A stretch of DNA of 55,526 bases, taken from Syntrophales bacterium (lineage in GTDB: Bacteria; Desulfobacterota; Syntrophia; Syntrophales; UBA2192). Positions within the stretch are counted from its first letter, which is position 1. Each line of letters starts with the position of its first letter. The notes beneath the pieces are model-generated. The model did no database searches, was not told the origin of the DNA, and saw nothing but the letters and a program-made list of their open reading frames with translations. Positions 8,257 to 15,773 of the stretch are shown here, piece by piece. The translations under genes and the position numbers were made by a program. Location of the stretch: the NCBI GenBank assembly GCA_035506495.1, contig DATJPI010000294.1, positions 1 to 55,526 on the forward strand, read 5' to 3'.

Positions 8257-10063
8257 AGGGAATCACGTTTGCCTTTCTTTCCTTGTCATCCGGGATCAAC
8301 TGTCGCGATACGAGCTCCCGGTAGTAACCGCTGGTCCGCAACAGTTCCTCGTGGGTCCCTTCGGCCACGAGGCAGTTCTCGTTGAGAACGAAGATGCGCT
8401 CGGCATCTACAACCGTGGAGAGCCGGTGAGCCACCAGGAAAAGGGTCTTTCCCTGTGTTGCCTCCGGCAGGGCCTGGAAGAAGGACTCTTCCGTCAGACC
8501 GTCGAGGGCCGAGCTGGGCTCGTCCAGGATGAGGATGTCCGGGTCCATGACGAGGGCCCGGGCAATCGAGAGGCGCTGCTTCTGCCCCTCCGAGAGGTTC
8601 ACTCCTCTCTCGCCGATTTCGCTGTCGTACCCATCAGCGAGGCTTTCGATGAAATCGTGGATGCCTGCGATGCGGGCTGCGCGGCTGACTGCCCCGGTGC
8701 TCGCCTCGGGATTACCGTAGCGCAGGTTCTCCATGATCGTCCCGGTCAGCAGGACAGGGCTCTGGGAGACATAGCCGATCCGGCGCCGCAGGGAGCGAAC
8801 CTCGTAGCTCCCGGCAGGTTTGCCGTCATAGAGGATCTCCCCGCCGGTGGGATTGTAGAATCGGAGCAGCAGGCTCAGAATCGTCGTCTTTCCTGCACCG
8901 CTCGGCCCAACGAGGGCTACCCGTTCGCCCGGTTGGACCCGGAAGGAAATGTCCCGGACAACGGGATTTCCCGGATCGTAGGCGAAGGAAACATCTCTGA
9001 ATTCGACCTCCCCCTTGAGTCTCAGCACCTCTTCACCCTTGCCGACGTTTTCTTCTTCTGCCGCCTCGAAAAGCGCCGAGAGACGCTCCAGCGATGCCCG
9101 GGCCGATTGCATGTTCATGTTCATCGATACCAGAGATTGGGCCGGGCCGAAGACGTAGCCGAGGTAGGCCTGGAAGGCGAACATCGTGCCCAGGCTCCAG
9201 TGGCCGGAGATCACCCAGTAGGCCCCGAGGACGAAAACGATAAAACCGGCAAGGCTGGGCACTGCCGTGATGGCCGTGCCCGCCACGGTCCCGACAGCCG
9301 CCTGTTCCATGGAGAGGCCATTCAGGCGTTTCATCGCCTGGATGATCGTCCCGGAGGCACGATCCTCTGTCGCGAAGGCCTTGATGAGGGGGACCGATGC
9401 AAGGGTCTCCTGGAATCTGCTCCAGAGCCGGGCGCTCTCCTCCCGTTGCGCGTGGCTGAACACGTGCATCCGGCGGGAAAAGTAACGCATCGACAGGACC
9501 ATGGGCGGCAGGGTGAGAACGGCGCAGACGGCAAGACGCCACTCCAGGTAGCACAGCAACACGAAGCCGCCTGCGAATTGAAGGACATTCTGCACGATGG
9601 AAACGATGTTGGCCGAAAAGAAGGCGGTCGCGCCCCCGATGTCGCCGACAAGGCGCGACATGAGATACCCCGTCTGGTTCTTATCGAAAAACGCCTTGGG
9701 GAAACGGAGGACCCGGTCGAGCAGATGGCGCTGGATATCGAGGGTGAACTCCTGGTTGTAGCGAGTCATCCAATAGCCCTGCAGCGGGCCGATGATCCGG
9801 TTCAGTGCGGCAAACCCGACCGAGACAATAACCACGAGAATCAGCAGGTCGAGCCGCTTCCCCAGGATTGCGTCATCGATCGCAAAGCGGCCGATGAGGG
9901 GCTGGGGAAAGGCCATGAGCGAGCTCAAGAGGATGAGCCCGCCGGCGACAGCGCCCTTCTTCCAGTGGCGCCAGAAAAAGGGCAGCAGTCTCCGAAGGCT
10001 CTCCCCGAGCGGGGCATAGGCCTGCCCGGCCGCCATCGGGTCCTCGGGAGCCCGCCTATGCAT
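8225..10063 (-). CDS. ABC exporter, fused permease-ATPase, no C39 peptidase domain
   Basis: An N-terminal transmembrane domain is followed by Walker A GPSGAGKTT, signature LSEGQKQR and Walker B ILILDEPSS. The ORF opens at 10300 but would then overlap precursor A2. In-frame ATGs at 10063 and at 10036 (GAGGA 5 nt upstream) are more plausible starts. Confidence 0.85.
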   Translation of the reverse strand: MHRRAPEDPMAAGQAYAPLGESLRRLLPFFWRHWKKGAVAGGLILLSSLMAFPQPLIGRFAIDDAILGKRLDLLILVVIVSVGFAALNRIIGPLQGYWMTRYNQEFTLDIQRHLLDRVLRFPKAFFDKNQTGYLMSRLVGDIGGATAFFSANIVSIVQNVLQFAGGFVLLCYLEWRLAVCAVLTLPPMVLSMRYFSRRMHVFSHAQREESARLWSRFQETLASVPLIKAFATEDRASGTIIQAMKRLNGLSMEQAAVGTVAGTAITAVPSLAGFIVFVLGAYWVISGHWSLGTMFAFQAYLGYVFGPAQSLVSMNMNMQSARASLERLSALFEAAEEENVGKGEEVLRLKGEVEFRDVSFAYDPGNPVVRDISFRVQPGERVALVGPSGAGKTTILSLLLRFYNPTGGEILYDGKPAGSYEVRSLRRRIGYVSQSPVLLTGTIMENLRYGNPEASTGAVSRAARIAGIHDFIESLADGYDSEIGERGVNLSEGQKQRLSIARALVMDPDILILDEPSSALDGLTEESFFQALPEATQGKTLFLVAHRLSTVVDAERIFVLNENCLVAEGTHEELLRTSGYYRELVSRQLIPDDKERKANVIPYGSLRRHSRL

Positions 10064-10136
10064 TCCCTGCTTCAAATATTGGAACCAGCTGTCCACGTCC
10101 GATCCTACTCTCCGAGGGATATCATGGTTGTCCGGC

Positions 10137-10158
10137 CGGGCATCTACTCGTGTGCCCG
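10137..10158 (-). promoter_or_regulatory. Stem-loop just downstream of precursor A2 (possible partial attenuator or processing site)
   Basis: CGGGCA-N10-TGCCCG lies 10 nt after the A2 stop. No U-tract follows it. Confidence 0.25.
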
Positions 10159-10167
10159 ATTCGCCTC

Positions 10168-10584
10168 TCAATAACTCGCGCCGCTGCCGCTCCTGCACAT
10201 TTGAGCTTGGCCGGATCCGGCCCAGCATAACGTACAACTGCCGCCCCGGGCTGTTTCGCCGCAACTGCAAGTCCGGCCAGCGTCGCCGCCCATATCGCAT
10301 TCAGCGCCGTCGTACCCTCCGGCAGCGCACATGTGGTCACCGCCTCCGTAACAGCAAGGGGCGCCGTCGCAGCTGCCCGTGCAGCACGCGATGTTGTAGC
10401 AACTGCCGGTACAACAGTATGCGTAGCCAGGGATTGTGCCTGAGCAACAGTAATACGTCGGCACATTGCCTCCATAGCAACTACCCCATTGTGCATGGGA
10501 GCCGGTGCTGCAATCCGCCCCGCGGGCCGTCTTTTCTCCCGAAAGGCTGATAAGCTTCGGGATCTCGTACTTGAATTTCATCAT
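10168..10584 (-). CDS. Cys-rich RiPP-like precursor paralog A2
   Basis: 138-aa ORF with 19 Cys (4 CC doublets). Leader is MMKFKYEIPKLISLSGEKTARGADCSTGSHA. AAGAAGG lies just upstream of the ATG pair. Confidence 0.75.
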   Translation of the reverse strand: MMKFKYEIPKLISLSGEKTARGADCSTGSHAQWGSCYGGNVPTYYCCSGTIPGYAYCCTGSCYNIACCTGSCDGAPCCYGGGDHMCAAGGYDGAECDMGGDAGRTCSCGETARGGSCTLCWAGSGQAQMCRSGSGASY

Positions 10585-10807
10585 GCCTTCTTTTCGTCAT
10601 TCACTTCCTTCATCAAACTGCGCACCGATAAGAGATAAATGCAGAATTGCCCCCAATCCTGAATACACAAAACCAGGGAAACTATGTATAGTTAGCCTGC
10701 TATCCGGTCCTCAGGTGCCTTCCTCGCCAGGCCGTCCCTTAAATATTCAAGCCAATGTTTCATCCTTCTTATCCTTGACGGCTCTCATTGCTGGAAGGAC
10801 CGCATCT

Positions 10808-11224
10808 CTAAACTGAATTACCGGTCGAGCAAGATCCTGCGTGCGTTCCGTACTGGCAACTTGTGGCATTAGCCCCGTAACTATAGCAAGTACACATGAC
10901 CGGATTACTGCTCCCATACCCGCACGGGTATTGCTGCGGATTCGCGCCGGATCCGCAATTAGCCGAATCGCAGTACCCCGAGCAGCAAACTGCACCCGTG
11001 CAGGCCCCGCAGTAGCAGGCGTCGGGACAGGCCCCCGTGCAGCATGTCAGGACAGTACCGCCGGTCCCGGTGCTGCAACAGGTTGTCGCAACATTGCCAT
11101 TTTTACAAGTCGTGCTGGCATGCGACCCCGTCGCGCAAGCCGCCCCGTGTGCCGTCTGCTCACCCGAGAGAATAATGAATTGGGGGGGGGCGTACTTGAA
11201 TTTCAATGTGTCTCCAGTCAGCAT
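10808..11224 (-). CDS. Cys-rich RiPP-like precursor paralog A3
   Basis: ORF with 19 Cys (3 CC doublets). Leader is KFKYAPPQFIILSGEQTAHGAACATGSHA. By alignment with A2 and A4, the likely true start is the TTG at 11206, which is preceded by GGAGA. Confidence 0.75.
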   Translation of the reverse strand: MLTGDTLKFKYAPPQFIILSGEQTAHGAACATGSHASTTCKNGNVATTCCSTGTGGTVLTCCTGACPDACYCGACTGAVCCSGYCDSANCGSGANPQQYPCGYGSSNPVMCTCYSYGANATSCQYGTHAGSCSTGNSV

Positions 11225-11320
11225 GTTTATCGGTGTATCGTCAGCCTGCCATCCGGTCCCTCGGCGCTGGCGTTGCTAGCCCTCTCGGACTTTTTTCTTT
11301 ATTAAAGGTTGCACGCTGCG

Positions 11321-11740
11321 TCACGCACTTGGGCCGTTTGAACACGGCGTCCATCTGCCATCCATGCCCCCGTTGCCTATGCAAGTGCCGGAAGGCCAGG
11401 CCCCATAATAATTGCAAGCGCAGAAGTAACGATCGCTCCATCCATAGAAACACGATTGGCCCAGCGGACTCCCCCCCGCAGTGCAATCATACCCGTCGCA
11501 GACCCCGGTGCAGCAGCTGGCATAAGTGGAGGCGCAGCCCCCGCAGACGCAAGGGTTGGGACAGTTCCCCGTGCAGCATGTCACCACAGCACCACCGGTT
11601 CCGGTACTGCAACAGGTCGACGCTACATTGCCGGTCTTGCACGTACCGGTGGCATGGGAGCCCGTTGCGCAATCCGCCCCGCGGGCCGTCCGTTCACCGG
11701 ACAGAATAACCAGTTTGGGGGGTTCGTATTTAGATTTCAT
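11321..11740 (-). CDS. Cys-rich RiPP-like precursor paralog A4
   Basis: ORF with 19 Cys (3 CC doublets). Leader is MKSKYEPPKLVILSGERTARGADCATGSHA. I chose the ATG at 11740 (GGAG 6-7 nt upstream). The track ORF opens at a GTG at 11767 that overlaps the upstream stop. The 5' half is clearly similar in DNA to A3. Confidence 0.75.
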   Translation of the reverse strand: MKSKYEPPKLVILSGERTARGADCATGSHATGTCKTGNVASTCCSTGTGGAVVTCCTGNCPNPCVCGGCASTYASCCTGVCDGYDCTAGGSPLGQSCFYGWSDRYFCACNYYGAWPSGTCIGNGGMDGRWTPCSNGPSA

Positions 11741-11763
11741 CTTCAGCTCCGTTGTACTGCCGC

Positions 11764-12756
11764 TCACCGTACCGCTGCCTCCATCTCTTCCCAGAAGCGC
11801 CCATCGATGCTCGCACGCAGCCGGAAGGCCGGAATCGACCGGGCAAGCCCGCAGGCGTTGTCAAATATCATGGTTTTCGATGTTCGTCTTTCCCCGGGGG
11901 CAAGGTCCCTCCAGAAGGACAGGCAGATCTGCGATGCCGCTTCGATCACACTTGCAGCCGCCTCTCCTTTCCCGATTGGTGCCATTTCGTCCTTTGTCCC
12001 CTGCTCCAGGAAGAAGATCGCCTCCAACGGCAGTGAACACTGGACGTCCCAAATCTGTTCTGACCGCCTCCACATATAATCGCTCCAGGTCGGAAACGGG
12101 TGGGCCCGATAGTTCCCTTTTTCGTCGACCACGACGAGGGACAGGTCGTCGCTGAGGGCTCTCCATGGCCCAGGGATCCTCCTGCAGCAGGTGGATTTCC
12201 CCGTTCCACCGGGGGCTGAAATGAGAAAGCCCCTACCCTCACGCTCGATCAGGGCGGCATGAATCGGAAGCCCCCCCTCTTGCATGGCACGGAAATAGAT
12301 CGGGCAGAGGGCCTGCCCCATCTGCAGGATTTCCAGCTCATGGCTGCGGTCTCCCGCCATCTCGCAGACGACGCCGGGCAAGCCGGGGTGTACCCAGAAA
12401 CGGAGGGAAGGCAGCTCATAAGACTTCCAGCCATCGGAAGGGAGGTCCCTCAAAACGCCCTCGCCATCCCGGGACGGAATCCACTGCCGCAAGTCCATGA
12501 GCCTTTCCTCCCGGACGAACAGGAGTTTCGGGTTCCCGTTGGGCTTGCACGGTTTGAGCCGCATGATCGTAGCGAGTTTCCCCGCCCACGGACCGGCGTC
12601 CCCCGTTGCCACGATTTCCCAGCTCTGGCCGTTGCCCAGTCTCAGCAGGTATCGCACTTCTCCGTCGGTCTTCGGGGAGCGGCTGCTCTCGGGCCCGTAC
12701 CTTTCGGAAATGATCACGCTAGCTCCCGGCACTTTGCTCCCCCCGGTTCCTGACAT
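11764..12756 (-). CDS. HPr-kinase-related P-loop protein (ScmC-like / HprK-related kinase-like)
   Basis: 330-aa ORF. LPIHAALIEREGRGFLISAPGGTGKSTCCRRI matches the HAA...G.G.L..G.SG.GKST pattern of HprK-like kinases seen in RiPP clusters. Confidence 0.6.
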   Translation of the reverse strand: MSGTGGSKVPGASVIISERYGPESSRSPKTDGEVRYLLRLGNGQSWEIVATGDAGPWAGKLATIMRLKPCKPNGNPKLLFVREERLMDLRQWIPSRDGEGVLRDLPSDGWKSYELPSLRFWVHPGLPGVVCEMAGDRSHELEILQMGQALCPIYFRAMQEGGLPIHAALIEREGRGFLISAPGGTGKSTCCRRIPGPWRALSDDLSLVVVDEKGNYRAHPFPTWSDYMWRRSEQIWDVQCSLPLEAIFFLEQGTKDEMAPIGKGEAAASVIEAASQICLSFWRDLAPGERRTSKTMIFDNACGLARSIPAFRLRASIDGRFWEEMEAAVR

Positions 12757-13418
12757 GCTTTACCGACGGTGTCCGTCAACAATCTCTCATCCACGATCAG
12801 ACGATAAGGCCGCCGGATCACCCATCCTTCGCCCTCCATGCATCGCCCGATCACCCGCCGTCCCATGAGGATCTGCATATCCGTCCCGTCCGGCCGCCCG
12901 AACGTGACAACCGTCGGCGTCATCGATGCAGGCAGCAGCCGCCCCAGCAAACCCTTCCGTGACAGCCAACGGTAAAGGGGATGGAGCAGATTTGATATGA
13001 CGACGTCAAGGCGCTCCAACTTTAGAACGAGACTCGCCTGGAGCCGCCCCGCCATCCCGCGGTGGACGGCATGCTTTTTCCCATCCCGTTCGAAGGATAC
13101 GACGCGCCCCATGATCTCTTCCCCTGCGAGGACCCAGGGATCGGGGCGGTCGCTCGCGTCGCCCTTCGTATGAATCCTGCCCGCTGTCTTATCGATCACC
13201 CGGTGGACCACCAGGCGCTCTTCGCCCGACGGTCTGAAAACGATGACGTCGCCCCGGCGGATATCCCGCACAGGACAGGAAATGAGTTTCAAGCAATCAC
13301 CCGGCTGAAAGAAGGGAGTCATGGAGGAGCCGTGATAAAAGACCCCCCCCTGCCGATTCTCCCGAGGAAAAGGCGACGGATGATCACGTTCGTCGTTGCC
13401 GATCTGAAGTCCCGTCAT
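12714..13418 (-). CDS. S24/S26-family (signal peptidase I-like) serine peptidase, candidate leader peptidase
   Basis: 234-aa ORF with the motifs GSSMTPFFQPGD (Ser nucleophile box), RRGDVIVF and VVHRVIDK. The His at the usual Lys position resembles SipW/Sec11-type enzymes. Confidence 0.6.
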   Translation of the reverse strand: MTGLQIGNDERDHPSPFPRENRQGGVFYHGSSMTPFFQPGDCLKLISCPVRDIRRGDVIVFRPSGEERLVVHRVIDKTAGRIHTKGDASDRPDPWVLAGEEIMGRVVSFERDGKKHAVHRGMAGRLQASLVLKLERLDVVISNLLHPLYRWLSRKGLLGRLLPASMTPTVVTFGRPDGTDMQILMGRRVIGRCMEGEGWVIRRPYRLIVDERLLTDTVGKACQEPGGAKCRELA

Positions 13419-13476
13419 CGATATTCCTGCATCCGTATTTCCCGTACCGTCCGATCCGGCTCAGGATCCTCTGCCG

Positions 13477-14541
13477 CTATTCGGCAGAGCATGCCCCCGT
13501 TGCGACTCGTTGTTCCCGGATCGCGCGCAATTCTCTCCGGGGATTCTCCCCATCGCACATTCCCGGCAGGGTATGGAAACCCAGGCAGCCGCCGCTGCAT
13601 CTCCTTTCCACTTTTTCGACGCACGTTACACAACACGCCTGGCAGGAAAGGCCCTGCGCGCGGACCTGTTCCTGGAAATACGTCTGTAGCCGAAAAAGAT
13701 TCCCGAATGAGAGAAGATCCGTTTTGAATTTCGACAGTGGAAAACAGGGCCAGGCCTCGAGTCCAGGGCCGATATCCACCATGAAGTGATCGCAGGTTGA
13801 GCGGAATTTTCTCGAATCCGCGGCCGTAACGGGCATCGCACAGCGGGGAATCGAATGACAGTCGATTCCATAAGAGACTCCGTTCTGCAGGAGGACCCGA
13901 AACCAGACATCGAGGAGATCCATCAGCTCCGCGTAGCGATTCAACGGGATGTACCGGGAAACTCCGTCCGCCGGAACGGCGATCTGAAACTGGATCAGTG
14001 GACGGAGCGAATACTTCATGATCAGCATGAGTCGATCGACAATCGGGTAACAGTCCCCGCGGTCGATGTCCGACTCGGTAATGGTGTAGCCCAGCATGAC
14101 CCGATGCCCGACCCGGCGAAGAAAGTCTTCCACCCGCCGTCTCTTGGGGACCGGATAATGGAAATGGGATGTGCTGTTCAGGCCAAACGTCAGGTCTGGG
14201 AATTTCATGGCAGCGATTTGATCGAGCAGCGCCTTCGAGCATATTCCCGTCGTGCTGACATGGACCGAAAAGGACCTGGACCGAAGCAGTTCCAAAATGT
14301 CCATAAACCGAGTGTGCAGAAGGGGTTCCCCCCCCAGGAGAATCATCCGGCTCAAACCGGAGGACTCGTAGAATTTGACAACGGATTCAAAGTCCGCAAA
14401 ATGCATCTCGGCGATCCCCCGGGAATGGTACTCTGCCATCTTCGCCCGGGCGAAACACCACGGACAGGAATTCACACACTTCGCAGTCAGCATGACTGTC
14501 GGCATGACGATGAGCATCCTCCGTCTGTTCTGCACGAACAC
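13477..14541 (-). CDS. Radical SAM protein with atypical SPASM/twitch-like C-terminus
   Basis: 354-aa ORF with CVNSCPWC (CX3CX2C) near the N-terminus. The C-terminal Cys cluster CDHF..GLEAWPC ... CQACCVTCVEKVERRCSGGC has non-canonical spacing. Confidence 0.75.
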   Translation of the reverse strand: MFVQNRRRMLIVMPTVMLTAKCVNSCPWCFARAKMAEYHSRGIAEMHFADFESVVKFYESSGLSRMILLGGEPLLHTRFMDILELLRSRSFSVHVSTTGICSKALLDQIAAMKFPDLTFGLNSTSHFHYPVPKRRRVEDFLRRVGHRVMLGYTITESDIDRGDCYPIVDRLMLIMKYSLRPLIQFQIAVPADGVSRYIPLNRYAELMDLLDVWFRVLLQNGVSYGIDCHSIPRCAMPVTAADSRKFRSTCDHFMVDIGPGLEAWPCFPLSKFKTDLLSFGNLFRLQTYFQEQVRAQGLSCQACCVTCVEKVERRCSGGCLGFHTLPGMCDGENPRRELRAIREQRVATGACSAE

Positions 14542-14592
14542 TGAAATTCCACCGTTTTGACCATCCTTCCTGCCGCTTTATGGCCGCGATCT

Positions 14593-15759
14593 TCACACCG
14601 CAGCCATCCCTGCGACTGCGGTGCCCCCGACACCCGCAGCGGCCCGTTCCCGCAACCCCGACTTGATCCGCGACTCGGGGAAGAGGCCCTTCGCTCTAGC
14701 CTCCTCGCAAAACCAGTATCCCGCCCAGAGTCTCCCGTCCCGATAATAGTTCTGGGCAACGCAGCTCCCCAGGCACATGCCCTTCATAATGCAGTCCGCG
14801 CAGATCCCCTCGAGACGGCCCGGAAGACCCTCGCGCAGTTCCTTCAGGACAGGCGAGTTCAGCCAGACATCGCTCAGCGCATCCTTTGCAGCGTGTCCGA
14901 AGACGAGTTCAGGGACCGTTGTACCTATCCCGCAGAGCGCATAGGTGCCGTCGGAGAGTACCCCGATGATCCCGAAAATATTGCAGAGCCCGCAGGAACC
15001 CTTGTCGCCGAAGATATTCCCCATGGACCGGAAGGCCATGGGATGGCTCGAGTAGAGAGGGATGACCACCTGTTTCGACAGGGTGTTTTCGACCCAACGG
15101 CCCAGCTCTACCAGCTCTTCGATAGGCAGGGTCTCCCCGGCCTCGTGCATCTTCTCGCCCCGGGCCGTGGGCTGGACGAAGTTGAACTTCACCGACGCGG
15201 CGCCGATCGATTCCGCCAGCCGCACCAGGGCCTCCATCTGGCCGACATTTCGCCGCATGATGGACATGATGACCTGCGGCCGGATGCCTGCGTCGACGAG
15301 GTTGCGGATTCCCTGCAGAGTCGCCTCGAAGGAGCCTTCCACGCCCCGGACCCACTCGTGGGTCTGCGCATCAGCGCCGTCAAGGCTGACGGCGACGAAC
15401 GGCTGCCCGCATGCGGCAATGCGCCGCGCCAGATCGGCCGTGCACAGAACACCGTTCGTTTCGACGGTCAGGCGGAGCTTCTCCTCACGTACGATATCGA
15501 CGATCTCAGCGATCTGCGGGTGAAGGAGCGGCTCGCCGCCCGTCAGCTTCACACATTCAAGCCCCAGGGGCTTGGCCTGGGAAAGAATGGAGCGGAAGAG
15601 ATGGACGTCCAGTGCCGGGTATTTCTTCCCCCCTCCCTGGAACTTCGGCTCGATCCAGCAGTGGCGACAGCGAAGATTGCACCCTTCCGTCAAGTAAAAA
15701 TAGATAGCCCCCAGCTGATAGGTGCGCTCACGGGGTCTTTCCGATGTTCCGTTCGGCAC
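14593..15759 (-). CDS. Radical SAM/SPASM domain protein (PqqE-like peptide maturase)
   Basis: Has CNLRCRHC (CX3CX2C) and a canonical SPASM motif: CNIFGIIGVLSDGTYALC plus CADCIMKGMCLGSC (CX2CX5CX3C). The track ORF opens at 15873 and overlaps the upstream gene by 100 nt. The GTG at 15759 follows the upstream TGA and a GAAAGGAGAG Shine-Dalgarno sequence, so I chose it. Confidence 0.85.
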   Translation of the reverse strand: MPNGTSERPRERTYQLGAIYFYLTEGCNLRCRHCWIEPKFQGGGKKYPALDVHLFRSILSQAKPLGLECVKLTGGEPLLHPQIAEIVDIVREEKLRLTVETNGVLCTADLARRIAACGQPFVAVSLDGADAQTHEWVRGVEGSFEATLQGIRNLVDAGIRPQVIMSIMRRNVGQMEALVRLAESIGAASVKFNFVQPTARGEKMHEAGETLPIEELVELGRWVENTLSKQVVIPLYSSHPMAFRSMGNIFGDKGSCGLCNIFGIIGVLSDGTYALCGIGTTVPELVFGHAAKDALSDVWLNSPVLKELREGLPGRLEGICADCIMKGMCLGSCVAQNYYRDGRLWAGYWFCEEARAKGLFPESRIKSGLRERAAAGVGGTAVAGMAAV

Positions 15760-15773
15760 GACACTCTCCTTTC

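Noticed and set aside
10064-10300. The N-terminal 79 codons of the track ORF for the ABC exporter, which overlap precursor A2.
   Set aside because: The extension is Arg-rich, has no transmembrane or ABC features and overlaps the A2 coding region. Internal ATGs at 10063 and 10036 give a normal exporter N-terminus.
13415-14242. A 275-aa ORF overlapping the 354-aa radical SAM gene in another frame, and similar nested ORFs inside the cluster.
   Set aside because: It has no motifs and an R/P/G-rich composition. The alternative frame encodes a complete radical SAM protein with a CX3CX2C motif.
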